In this document: positions 11,401-21,819 of the stretch, in pieces
Layout: each line of letters opens with the position of its first letter
Numbering within the stretch: position 1 is the stretch's first letter
Origin: Hyphochytrium catenoides
Lineage: Eukaryota > Protista > Hyphochytriomycota
Direction: 5' to 3'
DNA length: 64,000 nt
Assembly (NCBI GenBank): GCA_900088475.1
Contig: FLMG01000516.1
Coordinates: 74,527-138,526 of the forward strand
Notes under the pieces: generated by a model
What the model was told of the DNA's origin: nothing
What the model saw: the letters and a program-made list of their open reading frames with translations, nothing else
The model's database searches: none
Program-made: the position numbers and the translations under genes

Positions 11401-13086
11401 CTACCGGGCACGTAAGAGTTTCGTGACGACGAGAAGCAGCAGCCACAGCATCACAGTGTTTGAATAAAAGTCTTTTATATATTGTAGAGAGATGTACAAT
11501 GATCACCATAGCCTCAGCTCTTCCTCCCCTCTATCATCTTCACTTGCAGCAGCATGATGGTGGAAAAGAAGGTAGGGCAAGACGAGAAGAAGAGGAAAGG
11601 GAAGGAACCAGCAGCAGCACTTGATGATGATCTACGCTCAAGAAGCTCTAGCCTCTTCTTCCTCTCCAACGGCCCTGTTCTTCTTCACCAACCGCTACCC
11701 TACGCTTATGCTGCATTATTGTAGCCAGTCTGCTTCAGGAGGACCACCGTCGTCTGAATAAAAAAGAGGGAAAGAAGAAGGAAGCGAACTCCATGGTGGT
11801 GGCGGCGGGTGGAAGGAAGCACCGATGAGAAGATGATGATAATGATGATGAAGCCGTCAGAGTTGTGGCAGTGGTGTGGCAACAACGAACACAGAGCGAT
11901 GAGCCGGATTGGTTGCACAGCAGCAGCAGCCACCCGCCGCCGGACGAAAGAGGAGGACTACTGGCAGACGCTTGGTCGGTAGTAGATGTGTAAGAAGGGT
12001 TGAACTGAGCGGAAGGATTATCATATTCCCCAATATTGGGCTTTCTTCACCTGGGTGAGAAGCTGTGTGCTCGATGTTCCTTCTGTCCTTGCGGGATCGA
12101 TCATGTTCTCTAAAGACAGATTGAAGGCTCTATCACTCCTCCTTCACAGCGGCAGTTGCAAGTAATATTCCATCCACACTCTCCCCTCTATAAATTATGA
12201 AGGAAGCGTTCTGTTCCCATCATCAGCAGAGGCGACAAAAACGCTTTAGAGTACAAAGAACTTGCTAAAGATGAGACCCCGGCAGTACCACTGCCAGGCT
12301 GCTTCCTCGTCCGTTATTCGCCTTACTTGCTGTCAATGGATCTTTTGTCCGTTCTCTTATCCTCCTCTTAGAGACGAGGAAACGCCTTACCGTGGACTGT
12401 CTTCTTATCTTCCTCGCTGTCTAGTTCTATATGAAGCAGCAGCAGGCACTCTCTGGAGAGCTGATTCAGGAGCTTTCCTCTGCCTACGACAGCTCGCTGG
12501 ACAGTCGATTGCATGGATGATGACCGCAGCAGGTTGGCCGTCATCGCTCCTTAGGCCGTGACTGACTGACTTCTCCTCCTTCTTGACTTGAGAGGTACCA
12601 ACAGTGCTATTTTCGGATTATTGGTCATGCTTTAGAGCTATACTACAGTCGTACGTGTGAGAAGATACCCTTAGGGTAGGACTTATTATTATGAACTGGC
12701 CAATATTTTTCAATGGCCACACTGTCTAATCTAATGCTCCCGGATAAAACCAAAAAAGCGGCCGTAGACCAACCGAAAATTCGTGCCAACAAATGACGGA
12801 CTTCCGACCCAGCGCCAAACACTAATTTAGGAGACCGGACTTTAGTTGCGAGCAGATAGTCCTCGGAAACCCGTTACTCTACACTAATCAAGCCACAACC
12901 GTTGCAGGAATGTGCACCAACCGAAACGCGGCATCACCTCCCAAAGAATGTGGCAGCGCCAGGACACGTTGTCCTCTGCGACCTATGGGGCTCCAAGCCG
13001 GACCCACCGCACACGCAGGAGATCGGATCCTTAGCTTAGGATCCTTCCTGGAGGATGATGGGGCAGACACTTTTCCTCTTTGTCCC

Positions 13087-13370
13087 CAGAGAGAGAGAGA
13101 GAGACAGACAGATAGAAAGGAGACGAGAGAGAGAGAGAGAGNNNNNNNNNNNNNNNNNNNNNNNNNNNNNNNNNNNNNNNNNNGAGAGAGAGAGAGAGTG
13201 AGAGAAGCGAGGAAAAGAGGTTATAAGCAATGGGGAGAAGAGGAAAGAGAGAGACAAAGTGAGACGGAAGAGAGGCAGAGTGAGACCCGCAGGGAGAGAG
13301 GGAGAGAAAGAGTAAAGCAGGGAGAGAAGAGAGACTGGGGGGGAAGAGGAAAAGAGAGAGATACAAAGTG
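13087..13370. repeat. (GA)n microsatellite tract spanning an assembly gap (N 13142-13183)
   Basis: gagagaga runs on both sides of the N block. Confidence 0.95.
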
Positions 13371-13765
13371 AGACCATGTAACTCACCACCACCATGACGG
13401 CGGTGCCAAGGAGATAAAGCTGTTATTGAACCTTTCTCTCTCTGTTGCTGTCGTGCCAGACAGGACGTCAAGCCCACACTCATCACCTAGAACTACGGTG
13501 GTGATTGATCTGCGTCTGCCATCCTTCACTCTTCTATTTTCCTTCTTGCTGTCTTCCTGCGTGACAACCCATCGGTGGTTCTTTGACTTCTTCTTCTTCA
13601 GCCCTTCTTGGCATTGCCCCTTTGCCCTCCTACTACCTTCAAGTGGTCAAGCCAACAATTAATGCTGCTCCTTGGTGATAGCTAGTCCTAGCGCGCCATA
13701 AACAGTCATCAACTTGAGCTCTGCTGTTCGGTAAGGTCTGGCCGTGTGCTGATCAAGTGTCCAGT

Positions 13766-15235
13766 ATGGCAAAAACAAGCACCCGTCGGGCACCATCTCA
13801 ATATTCCTCTCCTCTTTTACAGCCGGAATGCAACCGTGTGGTGAACTCAATGGTCCGATGTCTTCACCATGCTTGCGAGGACAGCAGCAGTGGCGCAGCA
13901 AGAACTTATTATGGCATCACGACGTCATTCCAATCAGTGGAGATCTCTAACAGTCATCGTCGTGGTAATGGACTCAGCGCTGACACTGATCTTCTGCCGG
14001 ACAGCTACAGCGATGTCGCAGAAGAGATGCCGCAAGGAAAGGTCCTGGTCACTGGCGGCGCAGGGTACATCGGCAGCCACGTCGCATTAGAGCTACTTGA
14101 AGCCGGCTACTCTGTTACGATTGTTGACAACTTAAGCAACTCAAATATTGAGTGCATCCACAGGCTGCATGAGCTTAGTGGGTGCTCGAAGGATCAACTT
14201 TCCTTCCATGAGGCGGATGTCAGAGATCAGGAGAAATTGGACGAAATTTTCTCCACTGAAGGTCCGATCGACCACGTCATACATTGCGCAGGGCTCAAGT
14301 CTGTGGCAGAGTCCATCAAGAGCCCCGAGTTGTACGCTGACGTCAACGTCCGAGGAACGCAGGTGCTTCTAGAGGCCATGCATCGTCACCACTGCAGCAG
14401 CATCATCTTCTCTTCTTCTGCCACCGTTTACGGTGTTGGAGCTTGCCCCTACAGAGAAATATCAGCTGTTGGGAATGGCATTGCGCATCCGTACGGAGAA
14501 ACAAAGCTTGCGGCTGAACAACTCCTTGAGCAGCATTCAAAGTCTCCGAAAGGCATTGGGTGGAGCATTGTCGTGCTGAGATATTTCAACCCAGTCGGCG
14601 CTCATCCGAGTGGTAGGATTGGCGAGGATCCTTTGGGGACACCAAACAACTTGATGCCGTACATGACGCAGGTGCTGGTTGGAAGGCGTCCTATGTTGAC
14701 TATCTTTGGCAGTGACTTTGATACACCTGATGGGACCTGTGTGCGGGACTTCATCCACGTGGTAGACCTGGCCAAAGGGCATGTAGCTGCTTTGAAAAAG
14801 GTGGAGAAGGATGGACACTCACGGACGCAAACCAAGCCGCATAGGGGTAGTCTCTCGGTGTATAATCTAGGAAGAGGAGAGGGAGTATCAGTCAAGCAGA
14901 TGGTACAGGCGATGGAGCGGGCCACGGGCCTTGCATTAAAACACAAGGTTGGACCCAGAAGAGATGGAGATTCTCCTGAGGCCTGGGCCAATGTTGAGCT
15001 TGCCAATAAGGAGCTCAACTGGAAGGCCACGCTGTCCCTGGAGGAGATATGCAGAGATGCTTGGAACTGGCAACACAAGAACCCTTCTGGCTATCGTCAA
15101 GCAAAGAGTAAAATGCAGCTCCTCCAGAATAGTCCTGAGGAGGAAGCGACGGAGGATGGCGACGCCATCCTCATCAAAGAAGGTATGCAGGATGCAAGGA
15201 ACTGGCAAACATGGAGACCCCTTCCGGCTAGTTGA
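13766..15235 (+). CDS. GALE: UDP-glucose 4-epimerase, intronless (alternative start ATG 14027)
   Basis: KVLVTGGAGYIGSH (NAD-binding), VIHCAGLKSVAES, FSSSATVYG, PYGETK (YxxxK), LRYFNPVGAHPSGRIGEDP, PNNLMPY, DGTCVRDFIHVVDLAKGH, WNWQHKNPSGY. Confidence 0.97.
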   Translation: MAKTSTRRAPSQYSSPLLQPECNRVVNSMVRCLHHACEDSSSGAARTYYGITTSFQSVEISNSHRRGNGLSADTDLLPDSYSDVAEEMPQGKVLVTGGAGYIGSHVALELLEAGYSVTIVDNLSNSNIECIHRLHELSGCSKDQLSFHEADVRDQEKLDEIFSTEGPIDHVIHCAGLKSVAESIKSPELYADVNVRGTQVLLEAMHRHHCSSIIFSSSATVYGVGACPYREISAVGNGIAHPYGETKLAAEQLLEQHSKSPKGIGWSIVVLRYFNPVGAHPSGRIGEDPLGTPNNLMPYMTQVLVGRRPMLTIFGSDFDTPDGTCVRDFIHVVDLAKGHVAALKKVEKDGHSRTQTKPHRGSLSVYNLGRGEGVSVKQMVQAMERATGLALKHKVGPRRDGDSPEAWANVELANKELNWKATLSLEEICRDAWNWQHKNPSGYRQAKSKMQLLQNSPEEEATEDGDAILIKEGMQDARNWQTWRPLPAS

Positions 15236-15809
15236 GCAAAGATAAATGTGCAGTATATTAGAGAAAAAAAGCGGGATAACCATTGTATGATATGTAATAA
15301 CTAGCTCTCTCTTCTGGCGCTCAACTCTCCTTTCGCGCTCCATTCATCAACCCCCTGCATACCGGTCGCTATTAGGATGTGAGTTCTTGGTGTACATTGT
15401 TCCTTACTCAAACTAAACCTAATAGATATGAACCCATCATGTTCATCAGTAAGGCAATCGTCGTCACATATAGTAGTACTTTCGAGCCACCTGTAGACGG
15501 CGGATGCCTGGTGAGACGCGACGGAGATCTTACCGTACGATGCTTAAGGTTGTGAGAATCCCTGCTAAATGGACGGGCAGCGGTTATTGTTAGCTTATCG
15601 CTAATTAGCCATGATGATGCGCTATCGCCATGGTCGTAGCGATGCTACATCTTTCTTCCTCTTCTGGGCGATGCTGGCTGCTAATATCAGTGAAGCTCAT
15701 CATCAAGAAAGCTTTATGATACTGAAGCTCATTAAGGTTAGTAGCGAGTATTTCCTAGTTGACTACTGTTTGAAGAGCACGAAGAGTGCAAATATGTACC
15801 ACGAAGACT

Positions 15810-17260
15810 AAAATAAGAAACAAGAAAGAACTATAGTAGGCCAAAAAAAAAAGAAGAGCAAAGCAGCAAGGACTTCACCCGGCCCTCTATGACCAGGCAT
15901 TGACGGGGAGCGACTGTGGGGCCACCAATCGCGAGGAGGCGGGGAGCTCGTCCTCCTCTCCGATGATGCGAGAGAGGAAAAAGTGTAGATCCTCCTCATG
16001 ACCAATAACCACCAGGATATTGTCAGGCGCTGGAGCTGGAGCGGCGGCAGGGGCGGGAGAAGAAGCAGAAAGGAGAGGAGAAGAGAGCAGAGAAGAAGAA
16101 GGGTGAAAGGCGGCAAGGAAGGGCGCTGAAAGTCGTAATCTGGTAACTATCATACGGGCGGCCTCCTCATGTAAAGCCAAAGAAACTTGTCTGATTAAGC
16201 GATGACGATAGAAGTGTACATCGCGTTCCAGAGCAACGGTTTGGTCAGCCTGGACAGCACAAATAGTATTGACAAACGCCGCAACGGAGGCAGAGCCCCC
16301 ACCAAAGGACTCCAAAAATAGAGGGAGGAAGTCGATCTGGTGGGCATGGCAAGCGGCCTGGTACTTGTGGCGCTTATGGTCCTCAACCGCAGCCATCTGA
16401 TATCCAGACCGTTCCGCTGCATAACGAAGGGTAACAGAGACATCAAAGGCTGTGACTGGGAACCGATTACTATATTCAGGGACCGTCAGGTCACCAGGGC
16501 GGGAGAAGGGAGAGCGAGAGAGCGAGTGGAGCGGCTCACGTGAGCAGGAGTATCCGGCGTCCGACACTGCAGAACACAAAAGGGAGAGAACACTGATATG
16601 ACAGCGGGAGGGGCCACCCGTGCGACAGACCATCGCATGGTCGCCGTAGACATCCATTTCGGCTCTTCGGCAACTCTCGCAGACCGAAGGGCCCTGTAGA
16701 AAAGGAAGACCAAGGATGGGCCGAAGCATAGCCCGAAATAAACAGGCGACTGAGCCTTATGCAGCAGCGTCCCAGAGGGAGAAGCGGCAAGGGAAGCCCC
16801 AGCATGAGGGAGAGAAACAGAATGAAGACGAGCCCGAGGAAGTAGGAGAGGGAAAAGAAAGAGGAAAACGGAGATGAGCGCACTTCAAGAGACGGAAACA
16901 AAACTGATGCTGTATTTTCCTTGACGCCAACCAGCTGAAGGAAGCCATGGCCTCCTCTGACTGCTCCGGCAACTCCATGGCATCGTAAAGGGAACGAAGA
17001 GAGCACTCATCCGCCGCAGGGGTCCTGCAGCGTGATCGGAAGGCAAGCCTACTAAGAGTGCAGACACAAGTTCATAGGAAGAGAGCGCTAGAGCACCAAG
17101 GAAAGCAGGACGACAGATAGCGGAAGCAGGCAGGAGACCCAGACCGCCAAGCTTGATGGGAAGAGAAGCCTGTTCCATGCTGCCTGCGGAACCAGGAAAG
17201 GGAACCGAGAGTCCCAACCCACAAGACGACTAAACAACCGCTCCAGGAAGTTGACCCAGG
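15810..17260 (-). mobile_element. 5'-truncated, frameshifted non-LTR retrotransposon (CRE-like): RT thumb, CCHC knuckle and restriction-like endonuclease
   Basis: EQASLPIKLGGLGL (RT thumb region), PHAGA.LAA.P, FRAMLRPILGLP, CESC...DVYGDHAMVC (CCHC), AGYSCSREP, RPGDL, FDVSV, KRHKY, FLPLFLESFGG, QVSLALH. This is the canonical REL motif order. Confidence 0.88.
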
Positions 17261-17289
17261 ACCACGCTCTCAATGGCAATGTGTGCAGG

Positions 17290-17667
17290 CTGGGGCACTC
17301 TATTCTATGAAACACCATCTCTGCATTACTGGTTGCAAGAGGACAGAGATCCGTCTGTAGGACGAGAGATAGAGGAAGACCCGTATTCCCACACCTGTCA
17401 GAAATGATGGCCCTTAGCCATTCTTCCCAGAGGACTCGGCGTAGAGGGCGACTTTCCTCCTGTGCGCACGCTCGGCGACGTATCCTCCTGTCTGAGCCGC
17501 TGCTGCATGGAGTAATGTGTTGGATTGCAGTGAGTCGGAGACGACAGTAACGTCAAGGAGCGTCGTGCAGACTTTCTGATATGCTCAAAGCCCTCAATAA
17601 ATGATGGCCAGGTCACCTGGGCGATGATGACCATTGGGCAGTACCCTGTCGGGAGGTTCAGCCCTGG
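17290..17667 (-). mobile_element. Decayed REL-endonuclease fragment of a second CRE-like family (copy A)
   Basis: The reverse strand reads, with frameshifts, RAEPPDRVLPNGHHRPGDLAI...LLDVTVVSDSLQSNTLLHAAAA...ERAHRRKVALYAE...SYRRISVLLQ..NAEMVFHR. It is nucleotide-homologous to 17975-18390. Confidence 0.85.
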
Positions 17668-17911
17668 GTTCAGCTCTATCCCAAAAGTCCCGCCGGACGA
17701 GCAGGGCCAAGGAGAAGATCCCGCAAGCCATCATGACGTAGTTCTACATCGATGAGCCAAGAGGCAGACCATCGCGTTGCGGTCCGTGGTCCCCAAAAAG
17801 CCCATCGAAGTCCTCATGGCCCATGGTACCACCTGCGCTGCTCAGCGCATCAAGGATCGGCCAGGTATCTTCGAAGCTTGAGGCGGTACAGATACTGTAC
17901 TGTTATGTATG

Positions 17912-18410
17912 ACGGTTCGTCATGATGGCTTACGGGACCTTCTCCTAGGCCTTGCTCGTTCGGCAGGACTTTTGGCCAGAGCCGAACCTCCCGACAGGGT
18001 CTTACCTAATGGTCATCGCCCGGGTGCCCTGGCCATTTTTTGAGCCTCAGAGAGTGTGCACGCTTTTTGACGTTACTGCCTCCGACTCGCTGCAACTCAA
18101 CACCCTACCTCATGCAGCGGCTCCGGCAGGGCGCATAGCAGGAAAGTTGCCCTTTACGCCGAGGATTGTGAGGATCAAGGCTATGGTTTCCGGCCCTTCT
18201 TAGCGTGGGCGTCCTTTGGCGGAGCAACGGAGACAGTTCCTTCGACCCTGATGAAAGAATGGCTTCGGGGCCATCTCTGACAGTTGTGGGAGTGTGAGTC
18301 TTCCTCTTTCATCTCTCATTGCCACTGCCTACAGCCGCATATCTGTCCTATTACAGCGTTGTAATGCAGATGCTCTTCCATCGCATGCCGCCGACCTGCG
18401 CACATTGAGA
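17912..18410 (+). mobile_element. Decayed REL-endonuclease fragment, same family as copy A (copy B)
   Basis: Reads, with frameshifts, VRHDGLRDLLLGLARSAGLLARAEPPDRVLPNGHRPG...FDVTASDSLQ...YAEDCEDQGYGFRPF...SFGG...YSRISVLLQRCNA. AATAAA copies follow at about 18515-18535. Confidence 0.85.
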
Positions 18411-19625
18411 ACGCGGTCCTGAGTCGGTGGTAAGTAAGTACGGTAGTTTAAGTTACCTGCACAAAGTCTAGCAGTAGTTACAAGTCCTCCAATTATTACT
18501 TGGGTTTCCCCAACTAATAAATCAATAAATAAAAGTACTGTAGATACTGTGCGAGCATGGCGAACTCGTTCTGTACAAACTAATAAAAAAGCGTGGAAGA
18601 GCCAGATCGTACTCGTACGCACATTGAGCGGTTGTTCCTGTAGTAATGTGCGATACGGAAGTACCGCTCAGGGATTTCAATAGCTAATTATATAATACAC
18701 GCACTTTTCATCCGCTCGTTCATTCGTACCCTCATTACTCCGAGGGATTATCTTATGACATCCAAGGTGGGGAGTTAGATGCAACACAAAGTGTGCGGTA
18801 AAGCAGCAGTGTGTCAAGACCTCCCATTCAAAGATAGTGTATTCCAGCTCACTCAGACGTGAAGAGTTAGGAGATAGGTGCGTTAATCGAGCGCCCAATG
18901 ACAGGGAATCTGTGAGCGCACAAATCTACCTCACCCAGCAAAACCATTAGATAACTGCGTCCGGACGCACCGAGTTGACGCACATTCCTCGGGCGAACTG
19001 GACTGCCACTCGCACATTCCTGTCCTCAAACCGTTGTCCTACTGTAGGAATCGTGAAATGCCCAGGGCATAATTGGCCTCAATCCCCTCCTCCTCCTCTC
19101 TCTGGACTTCTTCCATATAAAGCTCCCCTGGCCCAACCCACGCGGTTGTATCTCGGAAGGAATCAGTTGAGGATGATAATTGATGAGTGCGCGCTGTCCG
19201 CCTACCACCGGCCCGCCCCGCCCGGCATCACATGTCAACCGTCGCTCGCCTTGTCCTGGTGCTTGCGGTCATCCAACCTCATCTTCCCTAGGTCCTCTGC
19301 GCCGTGGAAGAGCTGCTCCCTCAGTCTTTGTGCATTCTGTGTCGCGCGGCCTTACAGAGAGGGCTATGAGGAGCAAACATTGAGGAGGGAGCGGCATTTC
19401 GACAATTATCCGCTGTTGCACCAGGACGAAGTTGGAAAGCTCTGTTCGCTGCCGATAGACGGGGAAACTAACACAGTCGAGGACCGACAAGCATCAGACA
19501 GGCCTCACGGCTGGATGCTTCGGAAGGGCACCTCTGCTGGATTCATCACCTTCTCAGTGTCGTCGGCAGATAGCAGAGGGACCACGGCTCTCTAAGCATT
19601 ATCCCAGCCTGACGGCGCCAGCCCG

Positions 19626-20900
19626 ATGACGTCGTACAGCGACAGCCACGGCACCAGACCAAAGGGCCAAGAGTACAACGATGAGGAGGAGGACAGCCAG
19701 AAGGAGACAGTCAATCTACTACCAAATTTTATCGATGGGAACGGACCACTATCTTGTTTCTCCCTTGGCTGCTTATATAGTTGTTGGTGGATAAAAGGCT
19801 CAATTCAGAACTTGCACAGGCGAAAAGACTGCTCAGGAGTTTGTAAGTTTACTGCCTGTATGGCCAATTCCTTCTTTGCCAGGGCGCTTCTGGTTGCGTC
19901 ATGCATAGTCCTGCTGGCCATGGCCCTCTTTTCGGCGACGGTAGTTTTTTCTGGTGAAGCAGAACCTCGATCATTTTTTTCTATCGGGAGAGAGAGGAGC
20001 AGGGAGTGCCAAGTGGATAAAAATGATATGACTGGAATGGCCCTAGACGTGATTAGCCTGTGGAAGAAGGCGGAGAAAGGGAAGCCTCGTATTCTCTGCC
20101 TTGTCTTCGCGACGAATAAGGAGAATCATGCTCGAGCGAGGATGGTCAAAGAAACATGGGGTGCAGACTGCGACCGTCTTCTCATCATCTCAAACGAAGA
20201 TGATCCTTCTTTGCCCACCGTCAAGACGCAGCAGTCAGTTCCAGACACCTATAAAAACCTTCACCATAAGGTCATCTGGGCCTTTCACTATGCCTGGCAA
20301 AATTATCGAGAAGAGTTTGACTGGATCTACAAGGCGGATGATGACACTTACGTTGTCATCGATAACCTTAGGCAGCTCCTTCTGTCCCCGCGGTATTCGC
20401 AGTTGCCATCTACACCTAGGTACACTGGTCGGCGATTTGCTTATTTTGGCTCCTCGCCTATCTACACCTCAGGAGGTTCTGGGTACGTGTTGAACAAAGC
20501 GGCACTTCAGAAGCTAGTTGAAGAGGGCTTCCCTTCGCCCTCTGAAATAGAGACTAAAGGACTCTGTAAGCTGAAGGACAACTGGCCCTATAAGCCCTCC
20601 GACTATCCAGAGGATGTGATGGTTGGCTGGTGTCTGAATAAGCAGACGATATACCCGGAGGATGCAAGAGACGAGAATATGCGCGAGCGCTTCCACTGGT
20701 CGAATCCTGCTGCACATTACGCGATGAGCTATAATGGTGACGATTGGCATGTGCAGTTCACAAAGCCTTTCGGTATCTACCACACTACTGGCCAAGATTA
20801 CTTCTCTAACTCTACCATTAGCTTCCACTACGTGTCAGACCCACAGCTCATGCAAAGAATCCACAAGCAGCTCACGCGCTGCAATCGTGAGAAAAACTGA
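19626..20900 (+). CDS. C1GALT1: GT31 glycoprotein-N-acetylgalactosamine 3-beta-galactosyltransferase-like (core-1/T-synthase-like), type II membrane protein, intronless
   Basis: TM segment ALLVASCIVLLAMALFSATVVF, then RILCLV, VKETWGADCD, DWIYKADDDTYVVIDNLR (DxD), YTSGGSGYVL, EDVMVGWCL, ERFH, ISFHYV. The family is secure; the exact acceptor specificity is not. Confidence 0.88.
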   Translation: MTSYSDSHGTRPKGQEYNDEEEDSQKETVNLLPNFIDGNGPLSCFSLGCLYSCWWIKGSIQNLHRRKDCSGVCKFTACMANSFFARALLVASCIVLLAMALFSATVVFSGEAEPRSFFSIGRERSRECQVDKNDMTGMALDVISLWKKAEKGKPRILCLVFATNKENHARARMVKETWGADCDRLLIISNEDDPSLPTVKTQQSVPDTYKNLHHKVIWAFHYAWQNYREEFDWIYKADDDTYVVIDNLRQLLLSPRYSQLPSTPRYTGRRFAYFGSSPIYTSGGSGYVLNKAALQKLVEEGFPSPSEIETKGLCKLKDNWPYKPSDYPEDVMVGWCLNKQTIYPEDARDENMRERFHWSNPAAHYAMSYNGDDWHVQFTKPFGIYHTTGQDYFSNSTISFHYVSDPQLMQRIHKQLTRCNREKN

Positions 20901-21542
20901 TCGTGATAATAGCACGCGCATTAAATAACTAAGCTCGACGCCACTCGCACTTCTATAGGAAAGGCACTTTGTTTCTTCCGCGCCAGTGTTCATTCTACTT
21001 CTACCCTTCCTCATATCCCAGGGTCTCGTCTCACTTCCCTCGCTTTTTTCCTATCGTGCGTGGACCTCCGTCTACACGGACAAGGCGGGACTCCATAAGC
21101 AAACTGCCTTCTTAGTAGAACATATCACTGTGCCATGTCCGGCACGAGCAGGAAACAACGATGAAAGGCACGCTCAGACGGAAGCAGCACGGACTAAAGA
21201 AACTAATAAAGCGGCAACATTGGTTTGTCCATTCCTCGTTTCAAGAAGGATGACATCTTAAGCTGCTTCCAGAGGTTCGTCTCGTGTTGTTGTCATGATA
21301 AGGATCCGAAGAGATGTAGGTGGTGGTATGAAGGACTGTCGAAAGGACAAAGAAGAAGAGCACCTTAGAATCCTTCTCTAGGGCATGATGAAGGGATCCA
21401 ACACGGGGTGGCTAAGCTCCTCTTCGCCTGAATGATCTGTTCGACGACCACGGTTAGGAGGTATAAGATGCGCGTAGACCTAGAGAGGCTAAAGGACGGG
21501 GAAGGGTCGGGAGGAGCGCAGCTGAACAGACTTGGCCCTTAA

Positions 21543-21588
21543 TAGACAATAAGGCGTACCGCCTTGTTAGACAATAAGGCGTACCGCC
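21543..21588. repeat. Perfect 21-bp direct repeat, 25-bp period
   Basis: tagacaataaggcgtaccgcc at 21543-21563 and 21568-21588. Confidence 0.95.
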
Positions 21589-21819
21589 CTGTCCAACACC
21601 AATCTACTACTCTACAGCTCATTCCTTTCTCTGCTACAAATGATGGTTCATGTCTCAGGGCTGGAGGAGGGAAGATCTAAGAAAAATATAGGCATCCTGG
21701 GAGGCGATGTCCATGAGGGAGGATAGAGGAGGGCCATATGGAAGGAAGAAAGGAGAGGATTAGAGCCCTCAGAAGGAGGAGGTCATCAGGAGAGCAGCCC
21801 GGCAGAGGTAACAAAAAGG

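Noticed and set aside
14537-15343. Antisense ORFs over GalE (and likewise over the GT31, MYB and DUF900 exons)
   Set aside because: Shadow frames of real coding sequence with no independent motifs.
18975-19595. 206-aa ORF just upstream of the galactosyltransferase
   Set aside because: Non-ATG start and no recognisable motif. It is probably promoter or 5' UTR sequence.
21543-21588. Direct repeat as a possible CRISPR-like array
   Set aside because: Only two units separated by 4 bp, in eukaryotic DNA. It is a simple tandem duplication.
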